Assembly (NCBI RefSeq): GCF_006345805.1
Contig: NC_043003.1
Location: 2,356,001-2,420,000 of the forward strand
Direction of reading: 5' to 3'
Length of the DNA: 64,000 nucleotides
Origin: Octopus sinensis
Lineage: Eukaryota
This document shows, piece after piece, positions 1 through 13,400 of the stretch; the first letter of the stretch is position 1, and each line of letters starts with the position of its first letter. The notes beneath the pieces are model-generated. The model saw nothing but the letters and a program-made list of their open reading frames with translations, had not been told where the DNA came from and did not search any database. The position numbers and the translations under genes are program-made.

Positions 1-110
1 TTCCACTAAGGTTGACTTTACCTTTCATCCTTTCTGGGTTGATACTGGGGTCAATCTAATCGACTGGACCCCTCCCCCAAAATTTCGGGCCTTGTACTTA
101 GAGGAGAGAA
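1..110 (+). mobile_element. 3' part of tRNA-SINE family B (Deu/Nin-domain-like)
   Basis: GTTGACTTTACCTTTCATCCTTT...TACTGGGGTCAAT motif shared with copies at 9420-9640, 29250-29900, 46120-46315, 48070-48240 and 58660-58850. Confidence 0.65.
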
Positions 111-117
111 GATTATT

Positions 118-535
118 AAATAGGTGCAGGTGAAACTGTGTGTCCAGAAGCTTGCTTGCCAACTGCATGGCTCTGGGTTGAGTCTTGTCCTGTGGCATTT
201 GGGGTGAGTGTTTGCTACCAAAGCTCTGAACTGACCGAAGCTGTGTGAGTGGATTTGCCAGACAGAAACTGAAAGAAGCCTGTCGTGTGTGTGTGTGTGA
301 ATTTATACATATGTATGTGTGTTTGTGTTTGTCCCCATCACCACCACCACCACCACCACCACTTGACAACCGGTATCGGTTTGTTTACATCCCCGTAACA
401 TTAGCAGTTCAGCAAAAGATGTCGACAGAATAAGTCCTGGGGGTGATTTGTTTGATTAACTCCCTTCGAGGCGGTGCCCCAGCATGGCCACAGTCTAACG
501 ACTGAAACAAGTAAATCGTAAAAGATAAAAGACAA
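118..535 (+). mobile_element. tRNA-derived SINE family A (diverged copy)
   Basis: Matches the intact copy at 45186-45605: head, GTGAGTGGATTTG..AGACAGAAACTGAAAGAAGCC, (TG)n middle, GGTGCCCCAGCATGGCCACAGTC...GACTGAAACAAGTAAA tail. Confidence 0.8.
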
Positions 536-763
536 CTTCACAGATACATTAACGGAGATTGATGAGAAGCAATTGTCTTCCGGTGATGGTGATTGCTATA
601 AAATGGATTCAGTCTCCATTCTCTAATGTTCCTTTCCCATGCTGACGTCCGTTAAATAGAAATAAATCTCTGGTTCGTTCTTTGTTCTAAACTTGTGCTG
701 GATTCGCAGCTGACGAAGGTTTAATTACTTGGCTGTGAGAAAGACTGATTGATGAAAACGACT

Positions 764-826
764 GATGAAAACGATTGATGAAAACGATTGATGAAAACGA
801 TTGATGAAAACGACTGATGAAAACAA
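764..826. repeat. 13-bp minisatellite (C/T)TGATGAAAACGA, about 5 copies
   Basis: Direct tandem copies visible. Confidence 0.85.
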
Positions 827-1411
827 TGAGATTTTGTCCCTCTAGGGTTTAATGCCACAACATTTGGATGAAATTTACTGCCTCGGCCAGAGCAATCGTC
901 ATCATCATTGTCATCATTTTCACTGTTGGCACCCCCCCACAACCATCATCATTATCGTCGTCACCATCGCTACCACTAACACCACCATCACCACCACCAC
1001 CACACCACCACCACCACAACCACCACCACCACCATCATCGTCATTTCCCACCTGCTTTCCTCGCTGGCATCGGTTGCAAAGTCCATCCTCATCCGCCATT
1101 TCACAGTTCTGTGTCTGACTCTAGCTTTCCATGTCTGACTTAACTTCTGTCCCATCGTTATTTCTGGTTATTAGATCTTGTGAACCCTCGTTTCGGGCTG
1201 GTTTATGGATGCAGGCATGGCCGTTGGGTTACAAGGTTTGCTCCCAAATAAGGTGATTTGGGGTTTGGTGCCCATTCTGTAGCACCTTGGATGTGAATCT
1301 TCTGCCGCTGCCCTGGGGCAAGCAAAAGCCTTCAGTGGATTTGGAGAACAGAAATTAAAAGTGGCCTGTTGTGTGTGTGTATGCGTGCGTACGTGTGTGT
1401 GTGCGTGCGTG

Positions 1412-1451
<40 letters not shown>

Positions 1452-1455
1452 AGTG

Positions 1456-1979
1456 TACCGTAAATCCTCAAGTATAATCTGCATTTTTTCCCCCAAAATT
1501 TAAAGGTCAATATCCCTAGTGTGTACTATATACGAGGTTAAAAATGAAAATTATTTTCTAAGCAATGTCCGAGTCTCTATTTGCTGTCCGGCAATGTTTA
1601 TTCAGACGCATTTTTGTGATGTTGGGCGTGAAAATACCTTAAGCTAAGTCTGAAAGCAATGAAGTCATAAAAGAATCATCCATAACTTACAGTAAGCAGC
1701 ATTTATTAAACGTTATTACTGTTATTTCTTTATTTTCTGCAAACAAAATGCACAAAAAAGCTACACGTTTGCATTATTTTATATATACATTAATAATAAT
1801 AACAAAGGACGTTACCGTATAGAGTTTTACAAACCAAGGACGTTATATAGAACTCCTTGACTCAAGTTGGAGAAGGGATGCGTATTATACACAGGGTTTA
1901 GGTTTTTCAGAGGTACAGCCCCCTAAAAATCCCCTGCGTATAATACTCAAGGGCAGACTATACTCGAGGATTTATGGTA
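1456..1979. mobile_element. Non-autonomous Tc1/mariner-superfamily DNA transposon (MITE)
   Basis: Terminal inverted repeats TA|CCGTAAATCCTCAAGTATA ... TATACTCGAGGATTTATGG|TA with TA at both ends; no ORF. Confidence 0.75.
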
Positions 1980-3156
1980 TATGTTTGTGTGTATTTGCGT
2001 GTGTGTGTGTGTGAAAGGTGTGTGTGCATGTGCATGAGTGTGCACATGTGCGTGAGTGTGTGTGTGTATCTGTGTGTGTATGTGTGAGTGTGTGTGTGAG
2101 TGTGTGTGAGTGTGTGTGTGAGTGTATCTTTCTATCTCTTATTCATCTCAGTCATTGGACAGCAGCCTTGATTTGTTTAATAAAACGAAATTACTCCAGT
2201 ACTTATTTGTTAATCATTTTTGATGTCTGGTACTATTCTATCAGTCTCTTTTGCCAAACTGCTCAGTTACAGGGACATAAACAAACCTACACTGGTTGTC
2301 AAGCAGTGGGATGGGGGGGACAAACACAAACAGGCACATATACAAACACAGATACATATATATGTGCACACACACATTGGTATATGTATATATATATATA
2401 TTATATATATATATATTATATATATATATATATATATACAAATTGAGATAGGGGTTGTAAATGCAACCCTCCGTGGGATAACATATATCCAATATACTGC
2501 TAGTGAAGTACCCAACAAAGTTAATACATAAATGTTAAGGATTGCGATGCAATCAATTCATTTACTGCATTACATGGGCAAAGGTAAAATGACTTACCAC
2601 AAATTACTAATACAAGATAAGAAAATGGAGAAATACATCAAAATCAAATATCAATTACCAGATAATACTCAATCACATACTTTATTAAACCACCACATAA
2701 GAGACTGTAGGGTTAAATATAAAAAGCAGAACAAATCAGTGTACATAAAGGAATGTACATAAAAAAGTATACATAAAAGAGTAATGTTGTATAATAAGTA
2801 GAATATATATAAAAGAGAATATAAATATAAGTAAATATAAATATAAGTATAGATTATGTGAAAAATACAACATGGCATTGCTGAAGGCAGGCTACAAAAA
2901 TAAAATTTGGTATATACCCAATAATAATCCTTCGAACACAGGTGAAACTATTAGGAGTAGGGATATTAACAATAGGCATAGTAACATTGATAATAGTTAT
3001 GGTAATAGTGGAGTTCATCTAAACAATAATAATAATAATAAGAAGAATAACAATAAAGTCACTAATAAAACCAATCTAAAGGGGAATTCTAGGCATTATA
3101 TTGACAATACTAAGGGTAGAAAGCATATGGGTTAGAAGAATAATAGAGTTTTTCCC

Positions 3157-3936
3157 ATGAATAACAACTTGAGGAGTAATCCACATAGTGATGACGATAC
3201 TCTATGGCTAATAATACCATATGCAATGCAGATTAAAATGGATATAGTCAGAACTATACATAAAGTAATATATAGACTATTTACTAAAGGTAAGAATAAA
3301 TTTAGCCAAATAATTAACAATAGAACTATTAGAATAGGATATAGTATCATGAATAATCTAGCCACCATCATCTCCTCCTTCAACAACAAGAAATTGGATT
3401 GCTTCTATAATGATAGAAAGATAAACATGGGTAGTAGTGAAAATAAGTGCAATAATATCAACAGAAATAGAGCTACGGGGATTTCTGCCAGGGTTAAATC
3501 TCCTCAATCTGTTAATGGCTGCAATTGCAGAAGCAAGAATCAATGTGTGTTTGGTAATAAATGCCTGAGGAGAGAGGTGGTTTACCAATGCACTGTAAAT
3601 ACACAATATAATAACAGGGTGTACATTGGTGCAACTAAAAATAGTATAAAACAACGGCTAAACTATCATAGATATACTTTTAAAAATAAAAATAGGATGA
3701 ACTCTACGGGGCTAAGTACGTATATCTGGGAACTCAAGAGTAAGAACATAGATTTTAAATTAGATTGGGAAATACTAACATCTGCACCTGTATACAATAG
3801 TAGAAATAAAAAATGCTCTTTATATATCAATGAAATTTTCTTCATCAAAGCCGGCCAACCCATTATTAACAGCATTAATGAGCGAAATTTTTTTTGCCTT
3901 CACAAATTGGCGTACACTTTCTCTAGATTTAAATAA
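3157..3936 (+). CDS. PLE RT thumb/linker plus GIY-YIG endonuclease, RT core missing; same frame extends to 2872 across one stop at 3133-3135
   Basis: WLIIPY..., IRIGYSIMNNLATIISSFN, CNCRSKNQCVFGNKC, VVYQC..VYIGAT..RLNYH..STGLSTYIW..WEIL..CSL..E motifs typical of Neptune-type PLE proteins. Confidence 0.85.
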   Translation: MNNNLRSNPHSDDDTLWLIIPYAMQIKMDIVRTIHKVIYRLFTKGKNKFSQIINNRTIRIGYSIMNNLATIISSFNNKKLDCFYNDRKINMGSSENKCNNINRNRATGISARVKSPQSVNGCNCRSKNQCVFGNKCLRREVVYQCTVNTQYNNRVYIGATKNSIKQRLNYHRYTFKNKNRMNSTGLSTYIWELKSKNIDFKLDWEILTSAPVYNSRNKKCSLYINEIFFIKAGQPIINSINERNFFCLHKLAYTFSRFK

Positions 3937-4669
3937 CATTTAATTCTTCTACCAGTAATCTTTTAGCATTCATCTATATAGGACTGTACTATTGGTCCTT
4001 ACAATTTATAATTTATAACTTTTGTGTCTCCATGTATGTGTTCTACATTGATTGTTTCTGTCCCGACTGGAAAAATATACAAAAAATATATAGTTATTCT
4101 GATATATGCATGATATTCGGAACCCCTCAGAGTCTTTTATAGGTGTAAGATGTATATGCGCATCATATCTTAGGGCACTAGGTTGAGTTTTTGCTATACC
4201 AATATGTAATATATGAGAGTCTATAATTACTATAAGTTGTTTATCTCGATGAGCATATAACGTGTTTTTTTTTAACGGTTGGTTTGTTGGGGGCGTGCGA
4301 TTTCTGCGGGACAGGCGTGGGGTCGGGTGGCGCTGCACCGGAGTTTGTGCGCCGGCATACGTGTGCGCGTGAGCGTCCACGCATGCGTTGCACGGGCGTG
4401 TCTGTGCAATGTGCATCAACGTGTGCACTCTCGCGCGCTATGCTTGAGGACATTTGCGTGTACTTGTACGCGTGTTCTTGTGTGTATCTTGGTGACTGTG
4501 TGTGCAAGAGGGACGTGTGCGGGTGTGCCCGGCCATGAACTCGCATGTCCGTGCGGGGGCGTGCATGTGGGTGCATTCCGGCGTATCCACTTATACTTAC
4601 TATATTAGGTTTATCTTTGTGCCCTCCTTAATTTGTATTCCATGTTATTTATCTATTTATCTATACATG

Positions 4670-4706
<37 letters not shown>

Positions 4707-5842
4707 GTATATATATATTCATGTTTATTTATTTAATTATTTATTTTTGTTTATTTGGCACTTACTAATCTATAATTAATTTAATTTATAATTAATAAAC
4801 TTATTCTAAATTAATAGTAACTTCTATAGGTGTGTGAAAATGTGTATGTGTACGTATGTATGTTTTTGTACATATAGGTATGATCGTGGGTGGATGTACG
4901 GATGTATGTTTTTATTACACATATGAGCACGCAGGTGCGTACTTGGATGTGTATATATGTATATGCGAATATTTATTCATGGGTGGATATAAATATAGGT
5001 TTTATTTGTACGTATGAGTGCGCAAATATATATTTAAATATGTATTTATGTGTGTGCGAAAGTTCCCTGACACAGTATAGGAAAGTGTATTAATATTTAT
5101 GCGTATATGCGGATGTGCGTGTGAGTGTGTGTGTTAGTGTTAGACACTGCTGCTTGTACTGATTTGTCTATAAGCCATGCAATGACAGACATACACTCTG
5201 CAATTTTGTGAATGTGTAGAGATGTGTCGGGGTGTATTCATGTGTGTGTGCATGTGTGTGTGAGTTTCTGTGTGGATGTGTGGGTTTAGGGTTAGATGTG
5301 GATGTGTATGTTTTGCTTGTGCGGTTAGTGGAGGTCGGGCGGCTCTCAATTGACCAACCGTGAGGAAGATAATGATAATTTTAAATTCAAATCCAATAGT
5401 GTATTTATGTCATAAGGAAAATTACTAACTGGAACCCGGACATACATACATACCACTCTGGACCCTAATGTAAGCGTTATTAATAATATTATGAATGATA
5501 ATAATGATAACATTAATGGTATTGACAACGATAATGATGCTAACTTTAATGACACTTTAGAAATTAGTATGAAGTAATATAATGTACTATTGACTATGTA
5601 TATTTGCATCTAGGTACTAATTTGTGTATGTTTATTATCACAATATTAAGTCGAAAAACTGAGACATTGAATGTGGAACACATATATATGTTTACTAATT
5701 TATATTATTTATTTATATCATTATGTATATGTATATTTTTATATGTATAAGAGTGTGAGTATATGCACTCATATGTATATGTATATGTTGTATTATGGGT
5801 ATGCACCCACACCCATGTGGGTATATATGTAGACTGATTTAT

Positions 5843-5982
5843 ATTACATAATCTCCGAAGAGGCCTTATGATATTTTTGTAAATGTCTCATTTATATCTA
5901 TATATTGACCTACCATAAAAGGCTAATATTGGTAAAATGAGACATACTTATCTACATGGCCGAAACAGCTGTAAGATGTAAT
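5843..5982 (+). ncRNA. Type I hammerhead ribozyme variant (CCGAAGA core, 92-nt loop II)
   Basis: Stem I ATCT/AGAT plus ATTAC/GTAAT; core CCGAAGA 5855-5861; stem II GGCC/GGCC; GAAA 5962-5965; palindromic C-AGCT-G stem III; GUA site 5971-5973. Confidence 0.7.
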
Positions 5983-6245
5983 CTATACTTATATTTATAT
6001 TTACTTATAATCTATACTTATATTTATATTCTCTTTTATATATATTCTACTTATTATACAACATTACTCTTTTATGTACACTTTTTTATGTACATTCCTT
6101 TATGTACACTGATTTGTTCTGCTTTTTATATTTAACCCTACAGTCTCTTATGTGGTGGTTTAATAAAGTATGTGATTGAGTATTGTCTGGTAATTGATAT
6201 TTGATTTAGATGTATTTCTCCATTTTCTTATCCTGTATATATATA

Positions 6246-6296
<51 letters not shown>

Positions 6297-6305
6297 ATAA
6301 TATAT

Positions 6306-6402
<97 letters not shown>

Positions 6403-6642
6403 TAGCATTAAGGACAACTACTTAATAAGGAAAACTTAACAAGAAATTGTCAGGTAGATAGCGTGAAAACCTCATAAGAGAATAAATTTCGAAAATAATT
6501 ATTTCTTATTGAACATATTAATTTATAATAGAGGGCATTATACATACATGCCACACGCTAAAGGGACAATTAGTCATTTCTACCAAAAATATTACTAATC
6601 CCACTGAATGCAATTTTTCAAAGTAAGACATTTAAAAAATAT

Positions 6643-6690
6643 AGACCTGTATCACAGTGATTTCATACTTACGTATTCATCAGCAGGCCT
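6643..6690 (-). ncRNA. Type I hammerhead ribozyme (minus-strand copy)
   Basis: Reverse complement of 7261-7308. Confidence 0.85.
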
Positions 6691-7260
6691 GAATGTATCA
6701 TAAATAAACGACCCTGCCCCGCTTAAGCCGATCAGCTAACTGATCAACATCAACGAAGCACATGGGTGAGTTTACATATATTACATCCTGTTAATGGCAA
6801 ACTTTTACGAATTGCATTTCGGGAAAAGAAAAGTTTTTTCGGAATAAAAATTTAGCAATTAAGGACAACTACTTAATAAGGAAAACTTAACAAGAAATTG
6901 TCAGGTAGATTGCGTGAAAACCTCATAATTGTCCCTCTTAGCGTGTGGCATGTATGTATAATGCCCTCTATATATAAATTAATATGTTCAATAAGAAATA
7001 ATTATTTTCGAAATTTATTCTCTTATGAGGTTTTCACGCTATCTACCTGACAATTTCCTGTTAAGTTTTCCTTATTAAGTAGTTGTCCTTAATTGCTAAA
7101 TTTTTATTCCGAAAAAACTTTTCTTTTCCCGAAATGCAATTCGTAAAAGTTTGCCATTTACAGGATGTAATATATGTAAACTCACCCATGTGCTTCGTTG
7201 ATGTTGATCAGTTAGCTGATCGGCTTAAGCGGGGCAGGGTCGTTTATTTATGATACATTC

Positions 7261-7308
7261 AGGCCTGCTGATGAATACGTAAGTATGAAATCACTGTGAT
7301 ACAGGTCT
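7261..7308 (+). ncRNA. Canonical type I hammerhead ribozyme
   Basis: GGCCTG-CTGATGA-ATAC-GTAA-GTAT-GAAA-TCACTGTGA-TA-CAGGTC: intact core, 4-bp stem II with GNRA loop, near-palindromic stem III, AUA site. Confidence 0.85.
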
Positions 7309-7425
7309 ATATTTTTTAAATGTCTTACTTTGAAAAATTGCATTCGGTGGGATTAGTAATATTTTTGGTAGAAATGACTAATTGTCCCTCTTAGCGTGTG
7401 GCATGTATGTATAATGCCTCTATAT

Positions 7426-7539
<114 letters not shown>

Positions 7540-7562
7540 TATATTATATATATATATATATA

Positions 7563-7855
7563 TACGAGGTCATAGTAACGAAGCTAAAGCAAGCAGAGTG
7601 AAGCTGCTTGGCACAGACTGACCTTGAACTCTGCTGTACATGTGCACTAAGTTTTAAACATTCTGGTTCACTTCTGCTGTTTACAGCAGTGCTTGGAAGG
7701 AAGGTGTGTAGCATATGATCATCTCATTTGACCATGACAGAGAAAGTTGTCATGGCGATACCAGCTCAGAGACCTACAGAAAGTTGCAGAAAGTATATGG
7801 AGAGGAGTGTATGAGCTGCACACAAGTATATGAGTGCTTCAGATGTTCCCAAGAT
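7563..7855 (+). mobile_element. Mariner 5' fragment
   Basis: TA|CGAGGTC start; SETYRKLQKVYGEECMSCTQVYECF (HTH region); same family as 48495-49325. Confidence 0.8.
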
Positions 7856-7924
7856 AGTGGTGGTGATAGTTGTGATAGTGGTGGTGGTGGTGGTGGTGGT
7901 GGCAGTGGTGGTTGTACATATTTT

Positions 7925-9118
7925 CTGAACACATAGGAGCAATAAACACGGAAAATGTGCAGAGAACAACTTCCGCCACATTCCAGGGAGGAAAACTAGA
8001 AGTAGTTGATAGCTTCCATTACCTAGGTGACCAAGTCAGTAATGGAGGAGGGTGTGTTGAAAGTGTAGCTGCTAGAATAAGAATAGCCTGGGCAAAGTTC
8101 AGGGAGCTCCTACCTCTGCTGGCAACTAAGGGCCTCTCACTCAGTATGAGAGGTAGACTGTATGATGCATGTGTATGAACACCGATGCTACATGGCAGTG
8201 AAACATGGGCCGTAACTGCTGAGGACATGCGTAAGCTCGTGAGGAATGAAGCCAGTATGCTCCACTGGATGTGTAATGTCAGTGTTCATACTCAACAGAG
8301 TGTAAGTACCTTGAGAGAAAAGTTGGACCTAAGAAACATCAGTTGTGGTGTGCAAGAGAGACACTGTGCTGGTATGGTCATGTGGTGAGAATGGATGAGG
8401 ATAGCTGTGTGAAAAAGTGCCACACCCTAGCAGTTGAGGGAACCTGTGGAAGAGGTAGACTCAGGAAAACCTGGGATGAAGTGGTGAAGCATGACCTTCG
8501 CTCTTTAGGTCTCACCAAGGCAATGACTAGTGACTGAGACCTTTGGAAATAAGCTGTACTTGAGAAGAGTTGGCAAACCAAGTGAAACCATAATCCATTG
8601 GACACTAAACTCAGCTTGCGAAGACCTGTTGAGGCAAGTGAAATCGAAATCAAATTCAATGACTGACATCTGTGCTAGTGGAGCGCTAAGAGCACCATCC
8701 GAGCATGATTGTTGCCAGAGTGGCTAACTGGCTTCTGTGCCGGTGGCACGTAAAAAGCACCATTCAAGTGTGATCGTTACCAGCGTCACCTTACTGGCAC
8801 GTAAAAAAAATACTTGAGCGAGGTTGTTGCCAGTGCCGCTGGACTGGCTCCCGTGCAGGTGGCACGTAAAAAACACCATTTGAGCATGGCTGTTGCCAGT
8901 ACCGCCTGACTGGGCCTCATGCCAGTGGCACGTAAAAGCATCCACTAAACTCTCAGAGTGTTTGGCGTTAGGAAGGGCATCCAGCTGTAGAAACTCTGCC
9001 GGATCAGACTGGAGCAGCCATCTGGTTCGCCAGCCCACAGTCAAATCGTCCAACCCATGCCAGCATGGAAAGCGGACGTTAAACGATAATGATGATGATG
9101 ATGATGATGATGATGATG
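7925..9118 (+). mobile_element. RTE-clade LINE 3' fragment with modular 3' UTR and (GAT)n tail
   Basis: LEVVDSFHYLG, RIRIAWAKFREL, MLHGSETW, WYGHVVRM, GRGRLRKTW; frameshifted; 3' UTR has repeated GGCACGTAAAAAGCAC modules. Confidence 0.9.
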
Positions 9119-9381
9119 GTGTTACTCATTTGGTAGTTTCCAATATTGTTAAAGACTTAATAAAACTCAAACACCAACCCCTCCTCCTCCCCCCATCTCA
9201 GCCAAGTCAATGAGATAAGCAGATCAAATCTATGTCAGGCAAAATATGTAACTCATGGGATTATGACTAAGCATTTTATCTACACCTTTTTAAATTGTTC
9301 CCAATGAACCAAGGTGGTAGCAGGAGTAGGGGTAGTAGTAGTAGTAGTAGTAGTAGCAGCAGCAGCAGTATACTACTACTG

Positions 9382-9416
<35 letters not shown>

Positions 9417-9419
9417 GAT

Positions 9420-9640
9420 GATGATAATGATAATCCTTTTTACTAAAGGCACGAGACCTGAATTTTGGTGGGAGGAGACCAGTTGGTTACACAGACCCCA
9501 GTATTCCACTGGTACTTAATTAATCGACCCCCAAAAAGACGAAAGGCAAAGTTGACCTTCATGGAATTTGAACTCAGAATGTAAAGACACACAAAATGCC
9601 ACGAAGCATTTCACCTGATGTGCTAACGATTCTGCCAGTT
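9420..9640 (-). mobile_element. tRNA-SINE family B
   Basis: Reverse complement of the CTGAGTTCAAATTCC..GTCAACTTTGCCTTTC..GGGGTCGAT..AAGTACCAG motif. Confidence 0.7.
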
Positions 9641-9650
9641 CATCACCTTA

Positions 9651-9659
9651 ATAATAATA

Positions 9660-9702
<43 letters not shown>

Positions 9703-9734
9703 CGATGATGATGATAATAATGATAATAATAATA

Positions 9735-9823
<89 letters not shown>

Positions 9824-9845
9824 TTAATAATAATAATAATAACAA
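9651..9845. repeat. Compound (GAT)n(AAT)n microsatellite
   Basis: Direct reading. Confidence 0.95.
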
Positions 9846-10389
9846 TGTGGTATGTTTGTTTTAATGGCCTACAAATGTATAGAGTGCATTCCTCTGCCCT
9901 AGGTGTCAGGAAGACATTCGGAAAGGAAAGGGAACAGAATTGAAAAAGATGATAATGAAAATAATAATGGTAGTAATATTTAACGGAACCCATAACAAAA
10001 CCAAGCAAAAGAGAAAGAACGGTGGACAGAGAATCATAAATATACCATAAAATGGTTGATTTGTGAGTTACACATTACAATGCAACACTCCTCCAAAAGC
10101 ATGCAAGAATAAACTCACTCTGTAAATACTGAACAAAACACACAACATGTGCCATGGAAGGCCGACACCCGGCAGAAGAACACAACCTGTGCTACACAAA
10201 CAACACACAATACAACAGAAGACTCAAACTGAATCTCATAACAATACTGATACAATACGATATCACCCCCCACCCCACCCCACTGCCAAAAACAAAAAAT
10301 GCAGCACACCCCACCCCACAAGCACTAAGGTGCGACAAATGATGCTGCTTGAAAGTTGCTTGAAACTATCAGATGTCGAAAAATAATAG

Positions 10390-10480
10390 TGGTGATGACG
10401 ATGGTGATGACGATGGTGATGACGATGGTGATGACGATGGTGATGACGATGGTGATGACGATGGTGATGACGATGGTGAT
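10390..10480. repeat. 12-bp tandem repeat (GGTGATGACGAT)n
   Basis: About 7 perfect copies. Confidence 0.95.
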
Positions 10481-13400
10481 GAATGTTACTTTAGCTCAGT
10501 TTATGAGAGACAGGAGTTTCTGAAGAACTCTGGTTGTAAAAGCAAAAATGAAGCTGAACCTTTAAGGAAGACCTTTTTGCTCGGGAATGGTTCAGTAAAG
10601 ATGCAGACTGACTACAGCTGTCATCCTAATTCAGCATCAGCTGATAATAGAGTAAGGTGGGGAGGAAGGGGACCAGTGAAGAAAACAAGATGGTGATGCA
10701 GTGCTACTTGGAAAGTGAACTTAAAAGAAGGAGCGATGGAAAACGGATGTTAACCCTTTGGATAGAGAAGGGTAATGTTTAAAGTGGGTGAGCGTAGGTT
10801 AGTTGATGAAGGTAATGCTATTGGGAGAAGAAAGTGGATGACAGAATTGGAGGTAGAAGAGATCAGAAGAGAACTGGAAAAGAAAGGCCAGACAGTGGGT
10901 CAGACATACAACAACATAGAAGAGATACAACTCAAACCAAAGAAGAACCTAAGAGAAAATAATAATAATAATAACAATAATAGCACTACCAATAAAGAAG
11001 GGGCGACTGGCGACAGCGACTTCAGTGATTTAATTGAGGAAGATCAGAAGATTTCAGATGAGTTGCAGGAAGTAATGAGTAAAGAAGTAAGAAAAAGATT
11101 GCCAGTATTAAAAGGCAGCCACAGAAGGAAGCTGCTAGAAAAGACTAGAAAAATAGGGGTTTTTTACCAATAGGATAGATACTAAAAATATAGAAGACAC
11201 TAACTTATTGATCTCTGTAGGAGGAGTTGTAGTCACCAGAAGATTAGCTATCTCACAGGAAAAGAGTAAAAAAAGAGCAAATGTGGAAAAGGAGACTACA
11301 AGATAAAGTGAAGACTTTAAGACAAGATGTGAGTAGAATAGAAACCTGGAAACTGAACAAGTTAGGAAGCAGAAGATGCAAATCTTCCCTTGTGAAAAGA
11401 TATTTAGTGAAAGAGAAAGGATTTGAGACAGTCAATGAAGAGTTGAAACAGAGTGTCATAGTAGTAGCAGACAAGCTTTCCATATATCAAGAAAGAATGG
11501 ATCAGTATCAACAGAATAGATTATTTGAGGCAGACCAGAGGAGATTTTATAACCAAATAAATAGTGGAGAACGAAGTACTGAAGATGGGAAACCTAATGC
11601 AGAAGAAGCTAGAAAGTTCTGGAGTAATATTTGGGATAAACCATTCAATCATAATGGAGATGCAGTATGGTTAAAGAAAGTGAGGAAAGAAGCGGTGAGT
11701 GAAAAGCAGCCAGATCTAAGACTAACAAGTGCATTAACGAATAAAGAATCGGAAGGGCCCAGGACCAGATTCCGTTCAAGGGCACTGGCTAAAAGAATTC
11801 AGTAGTTTACATGGGAGGCTGAGGGAACAACTTCAGGATTGTCTTTATAGAGAATAATATCAGATTGGATGGCTAGAAGGAGGACAATACTCATTATGAA
11901 GGATAAGAGCAAGGGTAATACAGCCAGCAACTATAGACCAGTCATTTGCTTACCATTAGTGTGGAAGCTGTTAACAGGAATGCGGTCAGAAAGCATTTAC
12001 GAGCACCTTGACAACCAGAATTTCCTACCAGAAGAACAGAAATGTTGCAGGAAGAAGGACAGAGGAACGCATGATCTATTATACGTAGACAAAGCAGTTC
12101 TAAATGAAGTAAAAGCTAGAAAGAAAAATCTAACAATGGCATGGATAGATTAAAGGGAAGCCTATGACATGATCCCACACTCACGGAGAAGTGAATGTTT
12201 GAGTATATTCAGGATGGCAGACAACGTAAGAGAATTAATTAGCTTTAACATGAAGGAATGGAAAGTAGGTCTCTACTCAGGTGACACACTCTTAGGGAAA
12301 AGTTAATATCAAGAGAGGAATTTTTCAGGAGGATTTGTTGTCCCCTTTCATATTCATCTTATGCTTGATCCCCTCAGTTTAGTATTAATGAAAGTAAAGG
12401 CAGGATATCAGTTCAGAAATAGTAAGGGAAAAATTAAGCATTTGCTCTACAAGGATGATCTGAAGCTTTTTAGTAAGAATGAAAAAGACATAGATTCCTT
12501 AATACAGACTGTAAGAATCTATAGCAAAAGATATAGGCACGGAATTTGGCATAGATAAGTGTACGTGCAATAGTAGTCATGAGAAGGGGACAGGCAGTCA
12601 ACAGTGAAGGCATCCAGTTACCAGGTGGCCAGACATTGAAATCATTGGAAGGAGGAGAGAGTTATAAGTATCTAGGAGTATTAGAGTCTGAGAGAGTACT
12701 ATCTACAGAAATGAAAGAGAAAATTGAGAAGGAGTACATCAGAAGGGTGAGGAAGCTAATGAATTCAAAGTTAAATGGTTCGAATCTAGAGAAGTCTGCA
12801 AATACTTGGACAATATATCATTACTTCGATACTCAGCAACTTTTGTAGATTGGACAAAAACTGAATTAGCAAAGCTTGACAGAAGAACTGGGAAGGAATT
12901 GAATATGAATGGAGGACTCCACCATGAAGGGCAGGAGTAGCAAGATTATACCTACTTGGAAAGGAAGACGGAAGAGGGTTAACATCAGTAGAAGACTGTG
13001 TGGAGTTAGCTAGGGTAGACATAGACTCCTATGTAGGTAATAGCGAAGGAAGTTTATTAAAAGCTGCTAGGGTCACAACAAGACACAGGGAAACCAAAAA
13101 TCCAAATGAAGTTAAAAACCAGAACAAAAAAAGAACAGAAATTATCTGACTGGCAGGAGAAGGTATTGCATGGTAGATTCCCAAAGATAGTTTCAGCAAA
13201 TAGTAGTAGTGAGACATGGTTAAGGTTGCAGAACGAAAAGCTGAAAAAGGAGAGAGAAAGTTTGTTAGTAGCAGCACAGGATCAAGCATTAAGGAACAAG
13301 TGGATAAAAGCCAAAATAGACAAAAACCAAATAGATTCCCAATGTAGATTATGTTAATCAAAATAGGATGGCGTTACTCTCACAGTAAATGAATGTAGGA

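Larger units (their letters stand above)
2611..6237 (+). mobile_element. 5'-truncated Penelope-like element (Neptune-type) with inverted terminal segment
   Basis: 2611-2856 is the reverse complement of about 5985-6237; GIY-YIG ORF inside; HHR in the terminal repeat; 3' end abuts (TA)n. Confidence 0.8.
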
